Shown here piece after piece: positions 1 to 9,080 of a stretch of 64,000 nucleotides of DNA. The notes below the pieces were generated by a model. That model was not told where the DNA came from, searched no databases, and saw nothing but the letters and a program-made list of their open reading frames with translations. This DNA comes from an uncultured Halobacteria archaeon (GTDB lineage Bacteria; Pseudomonadota; Gammaproteobacteria; UBA9214): NCBI GenBank assembly GCA_963768575.1, contig CAVYIJ010000009.1, forward strand, positions 27,899 through 91,898, in the 5' to 3' direction. How positions within the stretch are numbered: the first letter of the stretch is position 1; every line of letters starts with the position of its first letter. Made by a program: the position numbers and the translations under genes.

Positions 1-688
1 TCAGCAACAACGGCCAGTTCGCCACCATGAAATCCGAGATGCCCATCAGGATCAGGGTTGGCAGTGGCAGTTCCGCACCGAAGCTTTCAAACATGTCAGC
101 GAACGCGGGAATGACGAACAGGCTGATGATGCCGATAGCTACCGCAATGGCGGTCAGCACAAACATCGGATAGCGCAGGGCGGACTTGATTTTCTTGCGG
201 GTCTGTTTTTCCCGGTCCAGGTAAAACGCCAGCTGCTGGAAGATAGCCTCCAGGTGGCCGCTGGCTTCCCCGACCCTGACCATGCTGATGTAGAACATTG
301 AAAAAATGTCCGGGTGCTGACCCAGCGATTCGGACAGGGCGCGACCGGATTCAAGGCTGTCCCCCACGCGCTGCAGTGTCTGTTGCAGGGTCAGGTTGGC
401 CGTGGTGGTTTCAAGCGCGCTGATGGCGCGGAATATCGGTACACCCGCGCGCAGCATGCTGTGCATCTGGCGGCTGAACTGGATCAGGTCATTGGCCTCG
501 ACTTTCTTTTTGAATAACTCGTTGAAGCTGCTCTGCAGGTTGCTTTTCTCGACGTACAGCCGGATATCAACCGGTGTCATGCCGCTATCCATCAGGCGCG
601 CGGCGGCGGCATCCGTACTGCCGGCGTCTATCGTGCCCTCGATGGCATCACCGTGGTCACCGCGTGCCTTGTACCTGAATACCGGCAT
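1..688 (-). CDS. mshG: Type IV pilus/T2SS inner-membrane platform protein (GspF/PilC family), MshG-like; gene 3' end runs off window edge
   Basis: Reverse-strand translation from ATG overlapping mshE stop (ATGA) gives MPVFRYKARGDHGDAIEGTIDAGSTDAAAARLMDSGMTPVDIRLYVEKSNLQ...; typical GspF N-terminal domain; no stop before position 1; gene order M-N-E-G. Confidence 0.8.
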   Translation of the reverse strand, partial: MPVFRYKARGDHGDAIEGTIDAGSTDAAAARLMDSGMTPVDIRLYVEKSNLQSSFNELFKKKVEANDLIQFSRQMHSMLRAGVPIFRAISALETTTANLTLQQTLQRVGDSLESGRALSESLGQHPDIFSMFYISMVRVGEASGHLEAIFQQLAFYLDREKQTRKKIKSALRYPMFVLTAIAVAIGIISLFVIPAFADMFESFGAELPLPTLILMGISDFMVANWPLLL

Positions 689-2397
689 CAGTCATTCCAG
701 CCGCACAGGCGCATGACTTCTTCAATGGTGGTAATTCCTTCACGCGCGTAATCGAGTGCATTCTGTACCAGTGGCCGGTAGCCGGCCTGCGCACGCGCGG
801 CCCGCTGGAAGGCGTTCTGGTCTTCACAGCGCAATGCCTCGGCCAGTTCGTTGTCCATTACCAGCAACTCGTAGATACCGATGCGGCCCTTGTATCCGGT
901 CTGGTTGCACTGGCCGCAGCCGGCGCCCTGTTTGAAATCATGGTTGTCCAGCGTGATGCCCGCCTGGTCATGTAACCAGGCCCGCTCGTTTGCATCCAGT
1001 TCGTGGCTGGTTGCGCAGTTCTGGCACAGGCGCCGTGTCAGGCGCTGGGCGAGAATGGCCTGCACGGCAGAGGCGACCAGGTAACCTTCGAGGCCCATGT
1101 CCATCAGCCGGATGGCGCTGCTGATGGCATCATTCGTGTGCAGCGTCGACAGCACCATGTGGCCGGTCAGCGATGCCCGCAAGCCGATCTCGCCGGTTTC
1201 CTGGTCACGGATCTCGCCGAGCAGCAGGATATCCGGGTCCAGCCGCAACGCGGTACGCAATACCCGTGCGAAGTCCAGGCCCACCTTGCTGTTGACCTGC
1301 ACCTGGCTGATGCGCGGCAGCCGGTATTCAACCGGGTCCTCGATGGTGATGATCTTGCGCTGCGCCGTATTGAGTTCGGACAGTGCACTGTACAGCGTGG
1401 TGGTCTTGCCGCTGCCGGTCGGACCGGTAACCAGGATCAGGCCGTGCGGTTTGTGAATGAGTCGCCTGAAGGTGGCGAGCATTTCCGCCGGGACACCCAG
1501 CTTGTCCAGGTTTTTTATGGAATTGGTCTGGTCCAGCAGGCGCATGACGACGCTCTCGCCGTTGGTCGTCGGAATGGTGGACAGGCGCACATCGATTTGC
1601 CGGTCTGCGAGGTTGACCGAGAACCGGCCATCCTGGGGCAGGCGTTTTTCGGAAATGTCCGCGTTGGCCATCAGTTTCAGGCGCGACACCATGGCGCCGG
1701 TGATATGCCGGTCTTCGACAATCTGCTCGTGCAGTATGCCGTCGATGCGGCGTCGAATGCGCAGTACCTCGTCGCCGGGCTCGATGTGAATATCCGAGGC
1801 ATTGGCCTTGGCCGCCCCCTCGAACACGGTTTGTATGAGCCGTACAACCGGCGCATCGCTCTGACTGCTGGTGGCCATCAGCTTGTCGAGGTCAAAGGTG
1901 TCTTCCGACAGGTCCTTGCCGACCTCGTTAGCCAGTGAATTGATCTGGTCCGTATCGTGATAAATGCGGTCCATTGCAGCGAGCAGGCCTTGCTCGCTGG
2001 CGATGGCCAGCTCGACCGGGCGCTGCAGTATTTTTACCAGGCTGTCGTAACCGAAGATATCCATGGGGTCGCCCATGGCGACCATCAGGCCGTCCGGGGT
2101 TTCCTTGAGCACCAGTGCGCGATGGCGCCGCGCATCGGTTTCCGGCAATAGTTGTACCAGCGCGGGATTCAGTTCGAACGTCGACAGGTCAACATAGGGG
2201 ATGCGAAGCTGGTCGGACAAAACCTGCAGCATGGCATCTTCTTCGACAAAGCCGTTTTCGATCAGCACCCGTCCAAGCCGGCGGCCGCTTTTTTTCTGTT
2301 CGTCGAGCGCAGTCTTCAGCTGGGCGTTTGAAATCAGCTTGTGTTCTATCAGCAGGTCACCCAGTCGTATGCGGGCGCGTCGCATGTTGGCAGACAT
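688..2397 (-). CDS. mshE: MSHA-type pilus extension ATPase (GspE/PilB family) with N-terminal MshEN c-di-GMP-binding domain
   Basis: 569 aa ORF; Walker A GPTGSGKTTT; tetracysteine CQNC...CGQC; N-terminus has two tandem 24-residue motifs RLGDLLIEHKLISNAQLKTALDEQ and RLGRVLIENGFVEEDAMLQVLSDQ matching the MshEN RLGxxLLxxGxIxxxxLxxALxxQ pattern. Confidence 0.85.
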   Translation of the reverse strand: MSANMRRARIRLGDLLIEHKLISNAQLKTALDEQKKSGRRLGRVLIENGFVEEDAMLQVLSDQLRIPYVDLSTFELNPALVQLLPETDARRHRALVLKETPDGLMVAMGDPMDIFGYDSLVKILQRPVELAIASEQGLLAAMDRIYHDTDQINSLANEVGKDLSEDTFDLDKLMATSSQSDAPVVRLIQTVFEGAAKANASDIHIEPGDEVLRIRRRIDGILHEQIVEDRHITGAMVSRLKLMANADISEKRLPQDGRFSVNLADRQIDVRLSTIPTTNGESVVMRLLDQTNSIKNLDKLGVPAEMLATFRRLIHKPHGLILVTGPTGSGKTTTLYSALSELNTAQRKIITIEDPVEYRLPRISQVQVNSKVGLDFARVLRTALRLDPDILLLGEIRDQETGEIGLRASLTGHMVLSTLHTNDAISSAIRLMDMGLEGYLVASAVQAILAQRLTRRLCQNCATSHELDANERAWLHDQAGITLDNHDFKQGAGCGQCNQTGYKGRIGIYELLVMDNELAEALRCEDQNAFQRAARAQAGYRPLVQNALDYAREGITTIEEVMRLCGWND

Positions 2398-2400
2398 CGT

Positions 2401-3576
2401 TCAATCCTTCCCTGGTAGTTGTCGGTTTGTTTCATTGAGTGACACATCATCAGTCAGTCGTTGCAGCCGGTCGTTAATGTAGTCCTGCAATGTGTTGGCG
2501 AGCGGGAACCGCATTGCCTGCCGGTATGCCGCGCGCGCGTCTCCGCTGTGTCCGGCCTGCTCCTGTGCGATGCCCAGGCCCATCCACCATTCCCCGCGAC
2601 CCGGTGAAATATCAAGCGCGGTGCTGTAATACCCGGCGGCCGCCGCCGGTTCACCATTCCGCTGGTAGAGGCCGGCCAGTAATGCGTGGTATTCAGCATC
2701 CCGCGTGGCGCCGGGCAGTGCAGACTGCAGCCATTCGATGGCCTCGTTATTGCGTCCTTCCGCTACCAGCATGCGTGCCAGCAGGTGTGCATACGGTGTA
2801 TGCAAAGGATGCTGTGCAAGACCGCTGACCAGTATTGATTCGGCATTTGCATTGCGCTGCTGGCGTATCAGCAGGTTGGCGAGCAATAACCTTGCCGCGT
2901 GGTGGTTGCTGTCGCTTGCCAGGATATGTTCCAGTTTATCAATGGCATTCCGGTGATCCCCCGCGGCTGCAGCGGTCGCGGCATTGCGGTAGGCGCGTGC
3001 GAGTTGCGGCGCGGATGTCGGTGCAAGCAGCGTAATCCCGATGTGCGACTGTTCACTGTCGTCACCCTTGCTGTGCAAGGCTGCCGTTTCTATTGTCTCC
3101 GCCGTCTCTGCTGTCTTTGCTGTATCCGCCGTTTTTATCGTCTTTGCCGTGTCTGCGGTTACTGCCGTGTCTATCGTTTCAATCGTCTCCGCCGTGTTCG
3201 CATCGCCCGGGGGGCGTGAATCGCTGTTGCGGCCCGTTTCCCCCGCTGTCGATACCGCCACGACTTCAGGGCCCGCAATGCTGCCGGTGTCGCGCAAGTG
3301 TTTGTTCTCATCGACCGGGATAACTTTTACAGCCAGGGCGGCAGGTGCGACTGACCCGGCTGCATCGATGGCTGCCAGGTAGTCGGCGAACAGGGGTACA
3401 CTGATCGCCATGGCGGACAGCAGGCAGATTCCGGCCGCCGTCCACGCAATGTCCCGGCGTGTGATACCGGCTTCGATGCACCGCAGGCCCGCACCCGGCA
3501 GGGCGGTCATGTTGCCTCCAACCGGTTGCGAACGGCGGGCATCGAGGTCTCTCAGCATGTCGTTGATCAGGCTCAT
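2401..3576 (-). CDS. mshN: TPR-repeat pilus biogenesis protein, MshN-like (start taken at internal Met MSLIND; ORF extends to 3654)
   Basis: 417-aa ORF with TPR-like repeats in C-terminal half, single TM near N-terminus, internal T-A-E/K-T-I low-complexity repeat; position between mshM and mshE as in msh operons. Confidence 0.65.
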   Translation of the reverse strand: MSLINDMLRDLDARRSQPVGGNMTALPGAGLRCIEAGITRRDIAWTAAGICLLSAMAISVPLFADYLAAIDAAGSVAPAALAVKVIPVDENKHLRDTGSIAGPEVVAVSTAGETGRNSDSRPPGDANTAETIETIDTAVTADTAKTIKTADTAKTAETAETIETAALHSKGDDSEQSHIGITLLAPTSAPQLARAYRNAATAAAAGDHRNAIDKLEHILASDSNHHAARLLLANLLIRQQRNANAESILVSGLAQHPLHTPYAHLLARMLVAEGRNNEAIEWLQSALPGATRDAEYHALLAGLYQRNGEPAAAAGYYSTALDISPGRGEWWMGLGIAQEQAGHSGDARAAYRQAMRFPLANTLQDYINDRLQRLTDDVSLNETNRQLPGKD

Positions 3577-3589
3577 GGACAATGTTCGT

Positions 3590-4486
3590 TCAGTGCCACG
3601 CGGCAAACAGTCCCGCACTGGTAGCGGTAAGCAGGCCAAACAGACCGGTTGCAATTGCCAGCCGTTGTCCGCGTGGCTGAGCGTCCTCGGTATCTGCAGC
3701 TGCGTTGCGAATATGTTGTACCTTGATCACGTGGTCGCCACGGCCGTACGCGGACATCAATGCCTTGTGACTCAGCACGTTGATCAGGCGCGGGATGCCA
3801 CGGCTCTTGCGATGCAGCAGTTTCAGTGCGCGCGTCGTGAACAGGGGGCTGCCGCGGTAGCCTGCAACCAGTAACCGGTGATTGACATAGATACCGAGCG
3901 TGTTGCGGTCCAGCGCATTCAGGGTATAGCTGAACAGGATGCGCTGCCGCAGTTGTCGCAGGTCGTGTTGCCGCAGCCGGTGGTCCAGTTCCGGCTGGCC
4001 AAACAGCACCACTTTCAGCAGCTTGTCTCTTTCGGTCTCGAGGTTAGTCAGCAGGCGCAACGCCTCCATGCTGTCATCCGGCATCGACTGTGCCTCGTCC
4101 AGCAGCAGTATTACCTGCTTGCCGCCTGCATTGAGTTCCACCAGCCGCCGCGTTATCCGCGTCATAAGCCGGTGTTGCCCGATATTGTGTGCAAACCCGA
4201 TACCCAGTTCCCCGGCCAGCGCCTTGTGTAAGGCTGGCGGGTCGAGGCACGGATTGGGGATGTAGGCGGTGACGAAATTATCATCCAGTGTGTTGATCAG
4301 TTTCCGGCACAGCAACGTCTTGCCGGTACCGACTTCACCGGTGACCTTGATGAAACCCTCGCCGGACTGCAGTGCCAGTTGCAGGACATTCATCGCCTGC
4401 CGGTGGTTGCCATGGTCAAGAAAGAACCCGGTATCGGGTGTGATGGTGAACGGGGCCTGTTCGAGTCCGAAATGTTCAAGGTACAT
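3590..4486 (-). CDS. mshM: AAA ATPase of ExeA/GspA family, MshM-like
   Basis: 298 aa; MYLEHFGLEQAPF... Walker A GEVGTGKTLLCRKL, Walker B ILLLDEAQ; typical ExeA/MshM N-terminus. Confidence 0.8.
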   Translation of the reverse strand: MYLEHFGLEQAPFTITPDTGFFLDHGNHRQAMNVLQLALQSGEGFIKVTGEVGTGKTLLCRKLINTLDDNFVTAYIPNPCLDPPALHKALAGELGIGFAHNIGQHRLMTRITRRLVELNAGGKQVILLLDEAQSMPDDSMEALRLLTNLETERDKLLKVVLFGQPELDHRLRQHDLRQLRQRILFSYTLNALDRNTLGIYVNHRLLVAGYRGSPLFTTRALKLLHRKSRGIPRLINVLSHKALMSAYGRGDHVIKVQHIRNAAADTEDAQPRGQRLAIATGLFGLLTATSAGLFAAWH

Positions 4487-6258
4487 GGTTGTCTCCGCCG
4501 GTCAGGGTGTCTGTGCCTGTTCGCGCCTGCTGTTCCTCGGATGCGAGGTCCGCGAAACCTGTCTGCCGTTGAGCGCAGCTGTCCGTTCCACTGCTGGTTG
4601 CTGTTGATTACGGTCGGGCGTAACAGGATCACCAGTTCGCTCTTCGAGGCAACCGAGCGGTTGTGCCGGAACATGTCGCCAACGACGGGTACGTCACCCA
4701 GGAACGGCGTGCGGGCTTCTTCGTCGCGAACCGACGTTCTTCATCAGGCCGCCCAGCACCACGATCTGGCCGCTGGCGGCACGGATAACGGTATCGGTCT
4801 CCCGGATCGTGCTGAGCGCGAGCGGGATCGACAGCTGCTCTGTAGATGGAGGTGCTGATGGCCTTGATCTTTTCCGTCACTTCGCTGATAGCCGGATGAA
4901 TATGCAGGATGACCGTAGTTGTCCTCGCTGATTTGCGGGATGACATCCAGTGCCACGCCGGAGAAGAACGGCGTCAGCGTGACATCCACGCTGGTGTTGG
5001 ATACGGTCCGAGCTGACGGTGTCGGTCTCCGTTTCCACGTCGGTGACGAAGAACTCGTCCTGCCCCACCTTGATGACGGCTTTCTGGTTGTTGACCGTGG
5101 AGATGCGCGGGCTGGACAGCACCTGCACATCGCCCTGTGTCTTGATCAGCTCGATCAGGGAATTGAAATCTTTCAGGTTGGCATCGATCGTGAACACGCC
5201 GCCGAGCGCCGTTGTGTCGAAGCCGGTCACCTGGGTGCCCCTGACCAGCGGCACCACGGTGCCTGCGAGTGCCGAGGCGCCGGTGTCGAACACGCTGCCG
5301 CCACCGGAGTGGCCGAATAGAATCGATTTGTCGGGACCGCCGAATTCAATCAATGCATTCCAGTTGATGCCGGACTGGAAGTTGTCATTCAGCATGACCT
5401 CGATGACCTTGGCCTCCAGAATGACCAGCCGGTGTGCCGCATTCTCGATGGTCTTGAGAAATTCATCTACGTTGCGCAATTCTTCCGGCAGGGCATGCAC
5501 GACAATGACGCCGGACTGTGGGTGCACCATCACCTTGCGTCCGCCTTCATCGCCGATGATCATCTGCAGGGACTCTTGCAGGTCTTTCCAGAAGTCCGAC
5601 CTGGACTCGGTGCTGACCACGCTGCCGGAAGAGACGGATGTGCCGCTATTGTCGCTGCCGGCGGTACCGCCGCGGTCTGCTGCCATTTGACTGCCGCCGC
5701 CGAACCGCTGACCTGGCCGGAACTGACGTTGTGCGCGAGCTGCCCTTGCGCACCGCGTGCAGGTAGTCGACGGTAAAGATCTGTGTGCGGATGCGGGCCG
5801 GGTAGACCTGGTAGGTGTTGCCGTTACGACGGTAACGGTAACCGTATACGTCACGCGTGGTTGAAGGCACCTCCTCGATGGTGACATCCTGCAGCGTGAT
5901 GGAAATGGTGCCGGTCACATCCGGGATGAACCACCATGTTCAGCGTGGTGCCCTTGACCAGGCCCATGAAAAATGCCCGCGCACTGCTGTTGTTGACCGA
6001 GATATCGAAGCGCGGCTCGAAGTCCGGCACGATTTCCGGGAGCTGTCATGCGCAGGGTCGGCAGCAGTGCGGCCGCGACTTCGGGCGGCGGCTGCACGGG
6101 TGCTGTTTCCGGCGTGCCGCTTACGCTTTCTTCCAGCGCGGACGTTATTTCCGGCATGTTTCCGGTCGGTCGTCTCGGCATGAGCTGGCAGCCGGTACCG
6201 TGACTGTCGCAAGTAGCAATGTCGACAGGATGAGCAGGCAGTATTTGATGGTGTTCAT
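4477..6258 (-). pseudogene. mshL: Lipoprotein secretin (MshL/PilQ/GspD family) disrupted by at least 5 single-nucleotide frameshifts
   Basis: Secretin sequence is spread over overlapping minus-strand ORFs in all three frames: lipoprotein signal MNTIKYCLLILSTLLLATVTVPAASSC (~6258), [18 protein letters not shown]0-like [13 protein letters not shown]...FTVDYL (5646-5918 ORF), KVMVHPQSGVIVV...VQVLSSPRIST (4877-5887 ORF), C-terminal VLGGLMKNV / FLGDVPVVGDMFRHNRSVASKSELVILLRPTVI (4390-4674 ORF), and S/T-rich tail ending 4 codons into mshM. Confidence 0.75.
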
Positions 6259-6310
6259 GATTGTGTGTCCACGGTTCATGGTTGTTTTTTAACGATGTCC
6301 GGTAGCAGCT

Positions 6311-7259
6311 TCAGCGTGATCTGTCTGTTTGGCGACTGCAGTAGTACACCCGTGTTTGCGTATTTCTGAGCACCGTCGCATTACCGACGGTTTCTCCCTC
6401 GGTCACAGTGGTGGCCGTTGATGACAGCCACCCGGCGTGCGGCGATACCAGCGTGGAGTTCAGTACATAGCTGCCGGCAGTTTGCGGTTGTCGTGTTTCG
6501 TACCGGCCCGTGTCGTATGGGCGGGTAGGGTCGGTCAGTGGCGTTGCGCCGACCTCCAGGGCATTGGCAAGCGCCATGAGACCGAGTGCCATGCAGCAGT
6601 GTTTGTAATCAGCGCCATCAGGGTTTGTCTCCCGGCAGGCCGAGTGTGTAGAGATCCAGCGTGATCCGTGCGTCGGGTGGCTGGTTACCTGGTAGTCAAC
6701 GCTTTCCCAGAAAAACTTCCAGGGCAGGTTTTCCAGTGCCTGCAGGTAGCGGAGGGTTGCAAGGTAACTCCCCTCCAGCTGTAATTGCAGCTGGTAACGA
6801 CCGATGCCCGCCGCGGGCAGGTTTTCTTCGCCCGGCAGTTCAACGCCGGTCAGTGGCTGGCTGCCGGCATCGACTTCCAGCAGGTTCAGGCCCTGCTCCT
6901 GTTCCAGCACCTGCTCCAGTACCTTGACCGCATGTGCGGGTGCGAGCAGTCCACCTATCCTGCTCCTGTATCTGTTTATCGAGCATCGCCAGTTGTGCGA
7001 GCATTTCATCATGCAATGAGGTGGTCCCGCCTCCGGAGGGGCCGGACAACAGGCCGCTACGCTCGCGCAACAGCTCGAGTTTCAGTTCCAGGTCGGTGAT
7101 CGCCTGATGGCTTGCCTTCTGTTGCTTCATCACCGGCTGGATCGCAAGCGTATCAGCCACGAAAAACAGCAAGGCAAGGCAGGCAACAAGCAACATGACC
7201 CGCTGGCGCAGTTCCATGGCATCAACCCTGTTGGCGAGCTGCTGTATATGCTCATGCAT
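6311..7259 (-). pseudogene. mshJ: PilO-like MshJ (frameshift near 6955) running without clear stop into an MshK-like small lipoprotein segment
   Basis: ORF 6840-7259 MHEHIQQLANRVDAMELRQRVMLLVACLALLFF (TM + coiled coil) loses sense after ...LDKQIQEQDRW; frame +1 (ORF 6311-7012) continues GGLLAPAHAVKVLEQVLEQEQGLNLLEVDAGSQ...GIGRYQLQLQLEGSYLATLRYLQALENLPWKFFWESVDYQV (PilO C-terminal-like), then MALGLMALANALEVGATPLTDPTRP (MshK-like signal peptide + DPTRP). Confidence 0.55.
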
Positions 7260-7261
7260 AA

Positions 7262-7855
7262 TTACAGCGCCTCCGGAGTACTTTTCAGTACGAAATTGAC
7301 GTGTGGATTGGAGGGGTCGTCACGCGAGAGATGCACCGATCCCTGGTGCAGCGCAATAAACCGGGGTTCCTCGGGCATGTCCTGCAGGTAGCGGGGCACC
7401 AGTGTGGGGTCCAGCGTCGAGCCCCTGATCTCGGTCTCGCCCTCCTCGGTGAGCACGATGCCGGTCAGCCAGAGGCCGGGTATTGATCGCCTCGCAAGTG
7501 TCTCGAAGAACTCAGCGAAGCCGTTACTGTCTCTGATCGTCAGCCGCGAAAAGCGCTCGAGCAATGTCCGGCGTTCATCTATTGTTGACTGTAACCGCTC
7601 AGCCTCGCTCTTCACGCTGGCCCTGGCAAGGTCGCCGGTGTTTTCCAGAATGCCAAGCCGTGCCTCCAGCTGCTGGTACTGGTTGGACAAGGACACGGCT
7701 GTCGAGTCCAGGCCGCCCAGCGTCCATCTCGCCTGCAGGAAAAAGACCAGCAGCAGCACGGCCGCAACAACAAGGACCTGCAGCAGCGTTAGCGCAGACA
7801 GCACCTTGCGTTGCCGACGGAAGACGGGCTGGTACAAATTGATTTGCTGGTACAT
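7262..7855 (-). CDS. mshI: PilN-like MshI (MshI2-type; start taken at MYQQINLYQ, ORF extends to 7954)
   Basis: MYQQINLYQPVFRRQRKVLSALTLLQVLVVAAVLLLVFF.. single TM + coiled coil, typical MshI/PilN N-terminus; first gene after the promoter region. Confidence 0.65.
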   Translation of the reverse strand: MYQQINLYQPVFRRQRKVLSALTLLQVLVVAAVLLLVFFLQARWTLGGLDSTAVSLSNQYQQLEARLGILENTGDLARASVKSEAERLQSTIDERRTLLERFSRLTIRDSNGFAEFFETLARRSIPGLWLTGIVLTEEGETEIRGSTLDPTLVPRYLQDMPEEPRFIALHQGSVHLSRDDPSNPHVNFVLKSTPEAL

Positions 7856-7981
7856 AGCGTCCCTGTTGTGTTTACCCTTCCCTGGTAATCGACGCGCTCG
7901 CCGCAGCTGCGCACAAACACGTCTGTTCCACCCGGTGCCGTTACCTGGCAGCACCCGTTGACATGGATGTTGGAAAATGAG

Positions 7982-7998
7982 TGCAAATTCCCTGCCAA
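7982..7998 (-). promoter_or_regulatory. Putative sigma-54 (RpoN) promoter for msh operon
   Basis: Minus-strand reading TTGGCAGGGAATTTGCA = TGGCA-N6-TTGCA with GG-N10-GC spacing exactly as the -24/-12 consensus TGGCACG-N4-TTGCW; ~120 nt upstream of mshI start. Confidence 0.55.
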
Positions 7999-8003
7999 TT
8001 GTT

Positions 8004-8016
8004 TAACTAACTGATA
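8004..8016 (-). promoter_or_regulatory. 13-mer TATCAGTTAGTTA (minus-strand reading), IHF-consensus-like; identical copy at 14267-14279
   Basis: Exact 13-nt identity between the two upstream regions; matches WATCARNNNNTTR; located 6 nt upstream of the sigma-54 -24 element. Confidence 0.45.
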
Positions 8017-8175
8017 TGCAATATAATAAATTCCATTGCCCAGGCGGGTGTTGACGGTTTATTGTCGTTTCGCGGAATTATGCGCCATTATTCCGGCGCA
8101 CGTGACGGGTCAGCGGTCGCAGCTGTGCGCGGCGGTCGTGTGAGACAGGATTACGGGTAGCGGGCGTGCGGCGGA

Positions 8176-8607
8176 TCAGCGCCGGCGCCGGCGAGACAGC
8201 TGGTAGCGGGTGATATCTCCGACCAGTTGTGCGCAGGGAATAGCTTCGATACCGGCAAAACGGGTTTTCGCGGCTTCGACCAGTGATGCGATGTCAGCGA
8301 CCGTGCCGTCCGGATTATCGTTAAGCATGCGCTGCAGACCGAGCAGGCCGCCAAACTGGATTTTCGCCAGTACCCCGTGCGGGACCTGCAGCAGGTCATC
8401 CTCGACACCAAATTCGGGTAATGCAACGGCTTTCATCCGCTCGAACAGGCGGACACAGTTGGCATGTGTCGTGGCGGACCGGCAGGCGAATTCCGCGCCG
8501 CCACGACGAATAATCTGTTCTGCATGCGGGCAGGCAAAGTCATTTTTGGCCAGCGTGGCGCTGAAGGGACAGATCAGATCACTCATAAATCGGCATTTCC
8601 CGAACAA
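8176..8607 (-). CDS. Hypothetical protein with Cys-rich N-terminus (CPFS...CPH...C..C)
   Basis: 143-aa ORF MSDLICPFSATLAKNDFACPHAEQIIRRGGAEFACRSATTHANCV; no confident family assignment. Confidence 0.4.
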   Translation of the reverse strand: MFGKCRFMSDLICPFSATLAKNDFACPHAEQIIRRGGAEFACRSATTHANCVRLFERMKAVALPEFGVEDDLLQVPHGVLAKIQFGGLLGLQRMLNDNPDGTVADIASLVEAAKTRFAGIEAIPCAQLVGDITRYQLSRRRRR

Positions 8608-8719
8608 TTCACCCGGTTACTGGAATTCAGGCATACAATAATTTGCAAGTGCAGGATTGTACCCCGGGGTTGATTGATTAAAAATTGAACGGGGGAAATA
8701 CCCGCAAGGTGGTGTCTAT

Positions 8720-9070
8720 ATGATTGATAAACCGGCAATAGCAACAGCAATACCCAGGCGGCGTTACCGCCTGGGTGAATTTACCGTCACCGTGCTGGGT
8801 GATGTCGAGAGCAAGGACGGCAGGAACTACCGGCATATTGCGGCTATTATCAAAGGGCAGGACCCGGAGCCGGGCATGTACATCACCGCGGAGCAGGGTG
8901 GTGCCGGACGGGACGATGCCCTCGAAATGCGTATCATCATGCAAGACGGTGCGGAGGTGCTCGATAGCTCGGAACGCTGGCGTGATGTCGATGTCTTCGC
9001 GGAAGAAGTCATCCGTATCGTCTCGTTGATGCTGAAACTCACGGACGAGACACCTTACCGGCTGTTGTAG
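8720..9070 (+). CDS. Hypothetical protein
   Basis: 116-aa ORF; 10-nt gap to next ORF with AGGAG RBS suggests two-gene operon. Confidence 0.4.
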   Translation: MIDKPAIATAIPRRRYRLGEFTVTVLGDVESKDGRNYRHIAAIIKGQDPEPGMYITAEQGGAGRDDALEMRIIMQDGAEVLDSSERWRDVDVFAEEVIRIVSLMLKLTDETPYRLL

Positions 9071-9080
9071 GAGTCGAACA

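Noticed and set aside
7993-8000. Considered the TGCCAATT octamer at 14293-14300 as a second sigma-54 promoter
   Set aside because: At the TBDR locus the -12 position reads TTCAT rather than TTGCA, so only the -24-like half matches; kept as part of the shared-motif observation, not called as a promoter
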